From an uncultured Bifidobacterium sp. (GTDB lineage: Bacteria; Actinomycetota; Acidimicrobiia; Acidimicrobiales; Ilumatobacteraceae), in contig CAYRUT010000004.1 in NCBI GenBank assembly GCA_964427545.1, positions 3,638-67,637 of the forward strand: DNA of 64,000 bases, in the 5' to 3' direction. Position numbers and translations under genes: made by a program. Numbering within the stretch: position 1 is the stretch's first letter; each line of letters opens with the position of its first letter. Shown here one piece after another: positions 46,254-54,673 of this stretch. A model generated the notes under the pieces. That model saw nothing but the letters and a program-made list of their open reading frames with translations, was not told the origin of the DNA and searched no databases.

Positions 46254-47056
46254 GGTCGCCTTCCTGTCGTCAGGAACTCACAGATGTCGCGCAACGCATC
46301 CCGGTCCTGTGCAGAGAACAGATGCCCGCCTTCGTACAGTTTCATGGTTGCATCGGGAATCCGTCGCACGATCTCCTCGGAATTGGCCGGTGGTGCGATG
46401 CCGTCGTACTTTCCCGCGGTGACGAATGTCGGGGCAGTGATGCTGCCGAGGCGGCCCGCAACGTCGTGACCGATCCGTGCCTGGAGCTGCAGCCGTTCGC
46501 CGCGCAGTGTCTCGGCAGACTTCACGACGCCGGCCTGCGAACGTCTCATGGCGACGATCGCCGCGTCGAGCGGGTGACCAGCCAACCACTCGTCTGTCCA
46601 CCGCGAGTCGGTGAGTTCGGTGATCCTCGCGTCGCGGGCATCGGCGGTGAGTGATGCCAGTTCGTGAAGCGGGTATGACGACCCCGCCTCACCGCCCGCA
46701 GAGGTGCACAGCAACACCAGTCGTTCGACACGCTGTGGAAAAGTCGCAGCGAACTCCTGCGCGACCATTCCACCGAAACTGATGCCAACCACCGAGCACG
46801 TGTCCCAGCCGACATGGTCGAGCAGGGCAGCACCGTCGTCTGCATACTGCTGCATGGTGTACGGACCTTCGGGAACCGAGGTCTCGCCGAGCCCGCGTTG
46901 GTCGTGGGCAAGAACCGTGCAGTGCCCCGCGAGCGCGTCGACGAGGGGCCGCGACGACTTCAACGTGGCTCCGGAGCCGTTGAAGAAGAGAACCCTCGGA
47001 CCCTCACCCGAGATCTCGTAGTGAAGTGTCACGTCTGGTCTGCGGAAGAACGGCAC
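46250..47056 (-). CDS. Alpha/beta hydrolase
   Basis: GTG at 47056 (VPFFRRPDVTLHYEISGEGPRVLFFNGSG). Nucleophile elbow 'GISFGGMVA'. Its stop overlaps the sulfatase start (ATGA). The start is uncertain, with GTG at 47095 as the alternative. The longer track ORF to 47518 is rejected. Confidence 0.8.
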   Translation of the reverse strand: MPFFRRPDVTLHYEISGEGPRVLFFNGSGATLKSSRPLVDALAGHCTVLAHDQRGLGETSVPEGPYTMQQYADDGAALLDHVGWDTCSVVGISFGGMVAQEFAATFPQRVERLVLLCTSAGGEAGSSYPLHELASLTADARDARITELTDSRWTDEWLAGHPLDAAIVAMRRSQAGVVKSAETLRGERLQLQARIGHDVAGRLGSITAPTFVTAGKYDGIAPPANSEEIVRRIPDATMKLYEGGHLFSAQDRDALRDICEFLTTGRRP

Positions 47057-47123
47057 GCACCAAGTCTGACACTCACCGGGGTATCCACCATTCACGGACC
47101 GAAACAAGGCACTATCGGGTTCC

Positions 47124-47735
47124 GTGCTCACGATCGTGGAAGAAGTCAAACGCTCGCTCGCCGAGCAGACATCGTCCCTCTCGTGGCGACGGGTCACGAT
47201 GCCCGGGCTCGCTGTTGCGTGGGTCGGCATGAACGTGCCGACAGTCGAGACCGGCGGCAGGCCGTGGGTGTGGGAGGTCGTCACTCCCGACCAGTACGAC
47301 TCGTCGGCAAGACTGCGCAACGACCCGCTCGTTCTTTCGGTTGCGCACGACGTGGTGATCGCAGAGGTGCTGCACGACGACCACACGGCGCCCGTCGTGC
47401 GGATGCAGGTCCCGGTGCGGGAGACCCCCGGTTCCGTCTCGATTCCGAGGGGTCCGGGCCGGGGAACCCCATGGTCGTTGCGCATGGAGACCGGCTGGTC
47501 GGTCGGGGCACTCGGCACCGCCGCCCAGTGCTGGATCGACAGGGAAACCCCGGGGAACGTGCGGCTGCAGACCCCGGTCGAGCCGCATTCGCCCCACCGG
47601 CTCTACCAGCTTCACCCCTCGATCAATATCGAGTCGGCGGCGTTCGATCACCTGCTTACACTCGGTCTCGATGAGGCAGCCGTCGTCACTTCCCTTCTCA
47701 GCCAGGTTCACGAGGCACTCCAGCCATACAGGTGA
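47124..47735 (+). CDS. Hypothetical protein, no recognisable family (Trp-rich, 203 aa)
   Basis: GTG start. GC3-rich host-like codon usage in this frame, whereas the overlapping 434-aa antisense ORF is Arg-rich shadow. It ends 15 nt before the next gene. Confidence 0.5.
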   Translation: MLTIVEEVKRSLAEQTSSLSWRRVTMPGLAVAWVGMNVPTVETGGRPWVWEVVTPDQYDSSARLRNDPLVLSVAHDVVIAEVLHDDHTAPVVRMQVPVRETPGSVSIPRGPGRGTPWSLRMETGWSVGALGTAAQCWIDRETPGNVRLQTPVEPHSPHRLYQLHPSINIESAAFDHLLTLGLDEAAVVTSLLSQVHEALQPYR

Positions 47736-47750
47736 CCTGCGGGTGGTGCC

Positions 47751-49232
47751 GTGATCACCACCTTTGCCACCACACTCTCGGCGATCGATTCGTCGGAGAA
47801 AGAACGTCTCGCTCTCATCGACCTCGTCACCGACTGGCAGATGGAGAACTACCCGCTCGACGACAATGCCCCGGGCATCACCGTGCGCGTGCGGGAAGGG
47901 TCCGACGACCCGGTCTTCCGTGTGACGATCACGCACACGCAGTCGGGTCGGCCGTTCGCGCAGACAATCACCGCCACCGTCGTCACCATCGCGAACCGAC
48001 TCACGTTCGACCTGCGCATCGTCGCGACCCCGACAACAGTGCGTGTCGCGCCGTATGTTGCCCTGCCGTTGCCGCCCCATGTGGTGCGTCTGTTGTCCCA
48101 GGTTCTCAACTCGGTGCAGATGGAAGACGCCAACGAGTACGTCACGACACACACGAAACACATCGCGACCAGGGAACAGGGCGAGCACGTGGCCGGTTTG
48201 ATCCTGGCGCCGGGGCGTGCGCTTCCGGTTCTGATCGAGTTCACCGACCAGACGAACGTCGGCGCCCCGTTGCTCGCCGAGTCGGTCGGCCCCCTGACCG
48301 GACTCGTGCACCAGTTCCGGTTCACCACGCGGGACGCACTCGACGGGTACGTCGCACTCACCGGTGAGGCCCTCGTCGACATCGGCAACGTGGTCGTGCA
48401 CTGGGCGAGCCCGCAACGACCGCTGGTGTACCGGCGCGCCGACATCCGTGCGGGCCAGGAACTCGCTTTTCTGCAGCGCCTCACCACCACCGTCACCGAG
48501 GTGGCGTCACGTGCGCTGAGTGCACCGCGCATCCCGCCCCCGCCGCGTTACGACGACGACCAGCTCGTCGAGCAGACCAGGGAATCGCGCGAAGGCGGCA
48601 ACGACGACGAGGAACAGTCGATGCTGATCGAGCAACTCGAGGCGACGGTCGAGGACATGCAGGCGGCGCTCGCCGATGCCGACCGCATCATCGCCGAACA
48701 ACGCTCGCAGATAGAGCAGAAGGGCGGACAACTCGACGAGTTGATCCTGCGGAACGTGTCTCTCGAGATACAGGCGGGCAGCACCGCGCAGGTACGCGCC
48801 GTCTCGTCGATGAAGGAAGCTCTGCGTCTCGCGCAACAACACTGCCCGCAACTCGTCTTCCACGAGCGCGCCATCGAATCGGGAGAGAGCCTCGAGGGGC
48901 CCGAACCCGTGAGTGTTCTCCAGGATCTCGTGCGTCTGAACGAGGTGGCACGTGCATGGCGGGCCGGCGAGATCTCCGGAACCAGCATCGGACTCGCATG
49001 CCGACAGATGGGTCTCGACTTCGCCCCGCGCATCTCCGACAACGCACGGCAGAAGTTCGAGGAGGACTACGTCATCACCTGGCGCGGGGAGACCGTGCGT
49101 GCCGAGGCACACCTGCGACGCGGTCGCAAGGTGCATCTCGTGCGCATCCACGTGTACTTCGACCAGGACACCCAAGAGGTTGTCGTCGCCTACATCGGCC
49201 GGCACCTGCGCGACAAGTCCAGCCAGTCGTAA
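47751..49232 (+). CDS. Hypothetical multidomain coiled-coil protein (493 aa), no recognisable family
   Basis: GTG start after GGGTGG. Strong GC3 bias. Layout: N-domain, then 'PRIPPPPRYDDDQLVEQTRESREGGNDDEEQS', then the heptad-like stretch 'MLIEQLEATVEDMQAALADADRIIAEQRSQIEQKGGQLDELI', then a C-domain ending 'RGRKVHLVRIHVYFDQDTQEVVVAYIGRHL'. Confidence 0.6.
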   Translation: MITTFATTLSAIDSSEKERLALIDLVTDWQMENYPLDDNAPGITVRVREGSDDPVFRVTITHTQSGRPFAQTITATVVTIANRLTFDLRIVATPTTVRVAPYVALPLPPHVVRLLSQVLNSVQMEDANEYVTTHTKHIATREQGEHVAGLILAPGRALPVLIEFTDQTNVGAPLLAESVGPLTGLVHQFRFTTRDALDGYVALTGEALVDIGNVVVHWASPQRPLVYRRADIRAGQELAFLQRLTTTVTEVASRALSAPRIPPPPRYDDDQLVEQTRESREGGNDDEEQSMLIEQLEATVEDMQAALADADRIIAEQRSQIEQKGGQLDELILRNVSLEIQAGSTAQVRAVSSMKEALRLAQQHCPQLVFHERAIESGESLEGPEPVSVLQDLVRLNEVARAWRAGEISGTSIGLACRQMGLDFAPRISDNARQKFEEDYVITWRGETVRAEAHLRRGRKVHLVRIHVYFDQDTQEVVVAYIGRHLRDKSSQS

Positions 49233-49243
49233 TCTCGTAGTCT

Positions 49244-50620
49244 GTGCGAATGACCCGACGACGAGTGATTCGCCTTGTCGCCGGTGCGGTCGCGGTGTTC
49301 ATCGTCGTCACCATGTTCTCTGCCGGCCGGTACGTGCTGGCCAACTCGGGTGACCCGGTGCAGCAGAGCCTCGCATCGTGGGCGCGCAACAAAGGACTCG
49401 GCGGCATCGTCGACCAACTCGAGGCGTGGCTGCACAACGACCCACCGGCCGTTGCCCCCGCCGACACTCTCGCCCTTGTCCCCGTCGACACCGAACCGCC
49501 CGCCACCACCGTCGCACCCGGCACCACGGTGAGCACCGGCACCGTTGCACCCGGGCCCACCACCACCCTGCCCGTCACCTCGCCGACGGGTGCAGCTCGC
49601 CAGACCAACAGGGTGCGCACAACGAGTTGCCCGAACGTCGGCACGACCACAACCGTTGCCACGACGACCACGGTCGAGAACACCACGACGACTGTGCCTC
49701 CCACGACCACAACCACCACCTCGTCGACGCTGCCCGGCGAGACCACAACCACCACGACCACCACGACGACACTTCCCGCCCGACCGACGGACATCGCACC
49801 GCAGGTCGCACCGCAACTGCGTGGCGAAGGTGAATGGGTGGTGATCGCACGGGCGCGGTCGAAGCCGGCCATCTTTGCGACCTCGATGCGTCCGTTGTGG
49901 TGTTACGGCTCGGTGGTGGCGACCATGGCCACCTACGACCCCAACAAGGTGCGTGCCGCACTGTTCAACGGCACCGAGGTTCCCGGCGGTCGCGGCTGGA
50001 GGAACTCCTCGAAGATCAGGGGCGCCGCCGAGAAGTACCTCGTCGGGAGTTTCAACGGTGGCTTCCGCTTCGAGCACAACCCGGGCGGTTACATCACCGA
50101 GGGACGCACGGTGAAACCGATGCGCAAGGGTTACGCGACGTTCGGCATACGCGCTGACGGCACCAGCACCGTCGGCGTGTGGGGCAGGGACATGACCGAC
50201 GACGAGGAGTGGTTGTCATTGCGGCAGAACCTGCCGCCGCTGCTGTACAACGGCAAGGTCGTGTACCACACGTACGACAAGGTCGACTGGGGCAAGGACC
50301 ACGACAACAAGCTCTACAACTTCCGCTCGGCGGTGTGCCTCCGCACGGACGGCCTCATCATGTACGTGGCGGTGGGAAAGGTGAACGTTGCGATGCTTGC
50401 CGACACCCTGGTCGTGGCCGGTTGCTCGACGGCCATGGAACTCGACATCAACGGCACGTGGCCGTACTTCGCGGTGTACACGAAGTTCGGCACGACATCG
50501 CGTGCCGGTCGCACCATCGACACACGCATGGGCGATCCGCAACGACACCTGAACGGCTCGACGAAGGACTTCATCGGGCTCTTCGACGCAGCAACCCTCC
50601 CCCCGGGAGTGGTTCGCTAG
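49244..50620 (+). CDS. Membrane-anchored phosphodiester glycosidase-like (DUF2233) protein with a poly-Thr linker
   Basis: 458 aa, starting at GTG 49244 or ATG 49250. N-terminal TM 'LVAGAVAVFIVVTMF' and a Thr/Pro linker. The C-domain 'VGSFNGGFRF...FRSAVCLRTDGLIMYVAVG...STAMELDINGT' resembles DUF2233/NAGPA. Confidence 0.55.
   Translation: MRMTRRRVIRLVAGAVAVFIVVTMFSAGRYVLANSGDPVQQSLASWARNKGLGGIVDQLEAWLHNDPPAVAPADTLALVPVDTEPPATTVAPGTTVSTGTVAPGPTTTLPVTSPTGAARQTNRVRTTSCPNVGTTTTVATTTTVENTTTTVPPTTTTTTSSTLPGETTTTTTTTTTLPARPTDIAPQVAPQLRGEGEWVVIARARSKPAIFATSMRPLWCYGSVVATMATYDPNKVRAALFNGTEVPGGRGWRNSSKIRGAAEKYLVGSFNGGFRFEHNPGGYITEGRTVKPMRKGYATFGIRADGTSTVGVWGRDMTDDEEWLSLRQNLPPLLYNGKVVYHTYDKVDWGKDHDNKLYNFRSAVCLRTDGLIMYVAVGKVNVAMLADTLVVAGCSTAMELDINGTWPYFAVYTKFGTTSRAGRTIDTRMGDPQRHLNGSTKDFIGLFDAATLPPGVVR
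49640..49771 (+). repeat. In-frame low-complexity ACC/ACG/ACA (poly-Thr) tract
   Basis: Encodes 'GTTTTVATTTTVENTTTTVPPTTTTTTSSTLPGETTTTTTTTTT'. It is imperfect codon-level repetition with no spacer/repeat periodicity. Confidence 0.8.
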
Positions 50621-51576
50621 ACGAGCGCGTACTCGCCGAGAAGCCGCGGCGGGCCACCGTCTGTGGTGGCAACCACACCGTCATCGACGAGTTTGCGCAG
50701 GTGTGACCACACACTGCGCCGGGCAGGTCGGTGCAGTCTCTTGTCGATGTTTGCGTAGAGAACCTTCACGATTCCCGGGATCGTGGTGTTTCCCGCGGCG
50801 ATCTGGGCGACTATCTGTCGTTCGCGTTCGAGGCGGTGACCCAGGTACGCAGCGAGAAACGGTTGCGGATCCGTGACCGGACCACCGTGGGTGGGCCACA
50901 GAACTGCATCGTTTCGCCCGATCACCTTGTGCATCGAATCGATGTACGCACGCATGTCACCGTCGGGTGGTGAGACGACCGTCGTCGACCAACCCATCAC
51001 GTGATCACCGGTGAACAACGCCCGGTCGATGTCCATCGCAACGGCAAGGTGGTTCGACGTGTGTCCGGGCGTCGCCACGGCGGTCAGCGAGAACTCCTTC
51101 GTCGAGATGATGGTCTCACCGTCGACCACTGCCACGTCGGGCGCGAACGCCAGGTCGATGGTCTCGCGCTCTTCGTCGTCGTCCTTCTTGTCGTCAGGGT
51201 CTTCCTCGCTCGGGTCGAAGTCGTCTTCCTCGACGAAACCCTCATAGGTGCGGTGGGGCCCGATCGCAAACCGCGGCGCGCCCGTCTCGTCGTGCAACCA
51301 GGCGGTGAGAGGTGAGTGATCGGAATGACAGTGGGTCACCACGATGCCGACGACGTTGCGACCCTTCAACGTGGCCGACAGCGCATCGCGGTGCGAATCG
51401 AGCACCGGACCCGGATCGATCACCACCACGTCCCGTGTGCCCAGGACGTAGGTGCCGGTTCCGTGGTAGCTGAACTTCGACGGGTTCCTGGCGATCACCC
51501 GCTGGATCAACGGCGTCATGTTCTGCGCAACGGCGTACGGAGCGTCGTCGATGCGCGGCACGAAAGGAATCGCCAT
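50617..51576 (-). CDS. MBL-fold metallo-hydrolase
   Basis: 319 aa with the 'VVTHCHSDH' HxHxDH motif and a C-terminal winged-helix-like segment. Confidence 0.85.
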   Translation of the reverse strand: MAIPFVPRIDDAPYAVAQNMTPLIQRVIARNPSKFSYHGTGTYVLGTRDVVVIDPGPVLDSHRDALSATLKGRNVVGIVVTHCHSDHSPLTAWLHDETGAPRFAIGPHRTYEGFVEEDDFDPSEEDPDDKKDDDEERETIDLAFAPDVAVVDGETIISTKEFSLTAVATPGHTSNHLAVAMDIDRALFTGDHVMGWSTTVVSPPDGDMRAYIDSMHKVIGRNDAVLWPTHGGPVTDPQPFLAAYLGHRLERERQIVAQIAAGNTTIPGIVKVLYANIDKRLHRPARRSVWSHLRKLVDDGVVATTDGGPPRLLGEYALV

Positions 51577-51577
51577 G

Positions 51578-52549
51578 TCAGGCCTCGTCGATTCCCACTG
51601 CGCGCACCTCGCCCACGGGCTTCCCGTGGCCGAGCACGACCTCGCGGACCGACCCGGGAACCTGCGACACGTCGACTCCGAGCCGGCGCAGCGCCGCGAG
51701 CAGCACGGTGGGTGTCGCGCGACCCGAACCGTCTGACATCTTCAGCGCAACCGCCCTGCCGTCACGGGTCGCGGCCACGTACACCGACTCTGCGCCGTCC
51801 TTGGCGAACAGGCCGGGAACATGCGACACGATCGTCGTCACGTGCCTGCCGTCGCCGCCGACCAGGTACGGATGCCCCGACATCGCCGCGAAGACACGGT
51901 CACCGGCGTCTCCGGCGGCACCGGTTGCGATCCTGCGCATCGCCACCGCGAGTGCGGTCAACGAGACCACGTGGGCAGGCGCACCGCAGCCGTCGGTGCC
52001 GATGGCCGACGGTTCTGCGCCGGTCAGTTCGGTGATTGTCGAGGTGATCGCGACCTGCAACGGATGATCGACGTCGAGATACGTGTCGAGGGGCCAGCCG
52101 TTCTGCACGCACGTCGCCAACATGCCCGAGTGCTTCCCGCTGCAGTTCATCTGCAACGACGTCTTCACCATTCCGTCGCGAATCGCCGCGTGCGCACTCG
52201 GCGCGTGCCACGGGAAATCCGGGATGTTCATCAGGGCGCGTTCGTCGAGACCGGCACCGGCGAGGATGGCCCTCGCGGTGTCGAGATGAACCGGTTCGCC
52301 GTTGTGGCTCGAGCACACCAACGCAAGTTGCTCGGGCGGCAGTGCGAGTCCCGCACGAACCATCGCCAGAGCCTGGAACGGTTTGGTCGACGACCGAGGG
52401 TATATCTCTACTGCGGGGTCTCCGACCGAGAAACTCAGGTCTCCCGACCGGTCGAGCGCGACCAACGCACCGAAATGGACACTCTCGTCGACGCCGCTGC
52501 GCGAGACGACTGCCAGGGGCTCGAACTGCGACGCGCCGACCCCGGTCAA
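51578..52549 (-). CDS. Asparaginase family protein (L-asparaginase II type)
   Basis: 'YPRSSTKPFQALAMV', 'CSGKHSGMLA' and 'DGCGAP'. TTG at 52549 overlaps the upstream stop (TTGA); the start is uncertain. The longer track ORF to 53083 overlaps the upstream gene. Confidence 0.75.
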   Translation of the reverse strand: MTGVGASQFEPLAVVSRSGVDESVHFGALVALDRSGDLSFSVGDPAVEIYPRSSTKPFQALAMVRAGLALPPEQLALVCSSHNGEPVHLDTARAILAGAGLDERALMNIPDFPWHAPSAHAAIRDGMVKTSLQMNCSGKHSGMLATCVQNGWPLDTYLDVDHPLQVAITSTITELTGAEPSAIGTDGCGAPAHVVSLTALAVAMRRIATGAAGDAGDRVFAAMSGHPYLVGGDGRHVTTIVSHVPGLFAKDGAESVYVAATRDGRAVALKMSDGSGRATPTVLLAALRRLGVDVSQVPGSVREVVLGHGKPVGEVRAVGIDEA

Positions 52550-53706
52550 CTGGGGTCGTCCCAACCGCCGGCGTTCTTCTTGCGGCGTCGCCCCTTCGCT
52601 TTCCCCGCGGGAAGCTGCGTCAGCGGGTCGTCGATGACGTCGTGACGGGTTCCCCACGCCGAGATCAGTGCCTGCCCCATTGCCACAGCGGGCAACGCAA
52701 GAATCGCACCGATCGGGCCCAGCACGGCACCGCCCGCCAGTGCACCGCCGAACGCGAGCGCGGGGTGAAGCTCGAGCGTGCGTGCGGTGATGCGCGGGGC
52801 GAGCAGGTAGTTCTCGAGCTGTTGGTACACGAGGATGAATCCGATGACCGCGACTGCCTTCACCGGCGAGTCGACAAAAGTGAGGAGCACGGGCAGCACG
52901 CCCGCCAGGTAGGTGCCGATGACCGGCAGGAACTGCGACACCAACCCGACCCACAGACCCATCGCGATCGGAGCCGGTGCCCCGATTGCCTGCAGGGCGA
53001 TCCAGTGGAAGAACGCAGAGACGACCGCGAGCAACGCCCTCGAGTACAGGAAGCCGCCCGTCTTCGTGATGGCGAGTTCCCACGCGTCGAGCACCGCGCG
53101 TTGACGTTCGGGTCTCAGACGCGAACAGATCGACCGACGCAGCCTCGGCCCGTCAGCCACGAGGTAGAACGAGAACAGCAGCACCGAGAACCCCTGGAAG
53201 AGAACCCCGAGCGCCTGAACGGACACCCTGAACACGTTGTCCTGCTGGGCATCGATGAACTTCTGCACCGCTCCGTTCGGGTCGGTGATGCGTTCGTTGA
53301 CGGCAGCCGGGTCGATGTTGGTGTTGAACGTGTCGTTGATGGTCTTCACCGTGTCGTTGACGTACTTCTCGCTGTTCGACAGAACGTCGACGATCTGCTC
53401 GGTGACCACCGTGCCCATGGCCCCCACGAAACCGAGCACCGCAACGACAACAGCAAGTATCAGCATCGCTGTCGCCGAACCGCGCTTGAAACCGCGCAGT
53501 GCAAGTCGGTTCACGGCTGGTTCGAGTGCCAGTGCGATGAACGTGCCCACCAGCAGCAGGATCAGCAGGTTGCTGAGACGGTGCCACGTGAAGCGCGCGA
53601 CGAATGTGAGGAGGTAGCCCAACCAGAAGATGGCCACCGCAGGCAGCACCCACCGCGGCAACCTTCGGCTGTTGTTTTCCGGCGGGACATCTGGAAAATC
53701 AGTCAC
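52546..53706 (-). CDS. AI-2E family transporter (PerM/UPF0118)
   Basis: GTG at 53706, 386 aa, about 8 TM segments, with a Lys/Arg-rich C-terminal tail 'GKAKGRRRKKNAGGWDD'. Confidence 0.8.
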   Translation of the reverse strand: MTDFPDVPPENNSRRLPRWVLPAVAIFWLGYLLTFVARFTWHRLSNLLILLLVGTFIALALEPAVNRLALRGFKRGSATAMLILAVVVAVLGFVGAMGTVVTEQIVDVLSNSEKYVNDTVKTINDTFNTNIDPAAVNERITDPNGAVQKFIDAQQDNVFRVSVQALGVLFQGFSVLLFSFYLVADGPRLRRSICSRLRPERQRAVLDAWELAITKTGGFLYSRALLAVVSAFFHWIALQAIGAPAPIAMGLWVGLVSQFLPVIGTYLAGVLPVLLTFVDSPVKAVAVIGFILVYQQLENYLLAPRITARTLELHPALAFGGALAGGAVLGPIGAILALPAVAMGQALISAWGTRHDVIDDPLTQLPAGKAKGRRRKKNAGGWDDPS

Positions 53707-53731
53707 GCTGTGAGCGTAGTGGTCGCACCGA

Positions 53732-54673
53732 GTGACACATTCGCACGTGCATTCGGGCCGAATGGGTGGCACGATGAGACCCATGGTCGCGCTTCCAGCT
53801 CCCCTCACCGAACGGGTCGAGGCGGTACGGGGTGCACTCGCAGAGGCGTTGCGCGAACGAGTCATCGGCGACGATGCCGAACAGAAGCAGGCAGCGATCA
53901 TGCTGACCCCCGGGCCGCGGTGGTTCGCCCCCGACCGACCGATCCACCGGGTGCACGGCGACTCGTCGATGTTCATCGGGGGCATGCGCGCACTGCTGCT
54001 TCAGTCGCTGCACCCGTTGGCGATGGCCGGTGTGGCCCAGCATTCCGACTACCGGAACGACCCGTGGGGTCGACTGCAACGCACCGCAGACTTTCTCGCG
54101 GCGACGTCGTTCGGCCCCGACCACGTGGCACAACAGGCAGTCGACAGGGTGAAGGCGGTGCACGAACGCGTGACGGGCACGGCATCAGACGGGCGCGCCT
54201 ACGCAGCCAACGACCCGCACCTTCTCCGATGGGTGCACGTGGCCGAGGTCGACAGCTTCCTGCGCGCCCACCAGGAATACGGTGAGGCTCCGCTCACGCC
54301 GGCAGAGTGCGACGGATACGTTGCCGACATGGCGGTCATCGCCTCGAAGCTCGGGGTTCCTGCACCCCCGCGTTCGGTTCGCGGGCTGCGCGACCAGCTC
54401 GCGATGTTCCGCCACGAACTCCGGGGAACACCCGAGTCGAACGATGTCGTGCGCTACCTGCTTCTCGACCCGCCTCTTCCCGCTGTCGCACGGGTCCCCT
54501 ATTCACTCATCGGGGCAGCGGCCGTCGCCATTCTTCCCGCGTGGGCCCGGGCCGACCTCCGGCTTCCGTACCTGCCGGTCACCGAGAAGGCGGTGCTGAA
54601 ACCGATCGGGTCGATCGTGACATCGACCATCAGGTGGGCGATCAACCCTTCACGAGTCTCGCCACCGGTCTAG
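53732..54673 (+). CDS. Oxygenase MpaB family protein (DUF2236)
   Basis: 'FIGGMRALLLQSLHPLAMAGVAQHSDYRNDPWGRLQRTADFL...VKAVHERV'. The start is ambiguous: GTG 53732, or ATG 53762, 53774 or 53783. Confidence 0.75.
   Translation: MTHSHVHSGRMGGTMRPMVALPAPLTERVEAVRGALAEALRERVIGDDAEQKQAAIMLTPGPRWFAPDRPIHRVHGDSSMFIGGMRALLLQSLHPLAMAGVAQHSDYRNDPWGRLQRTADFLAATSFGPDHVAQQAVDRVKAVHERVTGTASDGRAYAANDPHLLRWVHVAEVDSFLRAHQEYGEAPLTPAECDGYVADMAVIASKLGVPAPPRSVRGLRDQLAMFRHELRGTPESNDVVRYLLLDPPLPAVARVPYSLIGAAAVAILPAWARADLRLPYLPVTEKAVLKPIGSIVTSTIRWAINPSRVSPPV

Noticed and set aside
47112-48416. 434-aa ORF on the minus strand spanning the two orphan genes
   Set aside because: Its composition is Arg/Gly/Asp/His-rich ('RRQDQTGH...GRQRQGNIRRDTHCCRGRDD') and it has no motifs. 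The opposite strand shows the host-like GC3 codon pattern in two tandem frames. This is a typical antisense shadow ORF of high-GC DNA.
49640-49771. Repetitive ACC/ACG tract considered as a possible CRISPR, VNTR or other non-coding repeat
   Set aside because: It lies in frame inside a long ORF, encodes poly-Thr, and has no repeat-spacer periodicity or flanking leader. It is reported only as coding low complexity.
52342-54285. Very long antisense ORFs: 52342-54285 (647 aa), 16089-17429, 33369-34472, 31933-33171, 9979-10908 and 54762-55847
   Set aside because: All run opposite to genes with clear family signatures and translate to Arg/His/Gly/Asp-rich sequences without motifs. They are shadow frames caused by GC-rich third positions.
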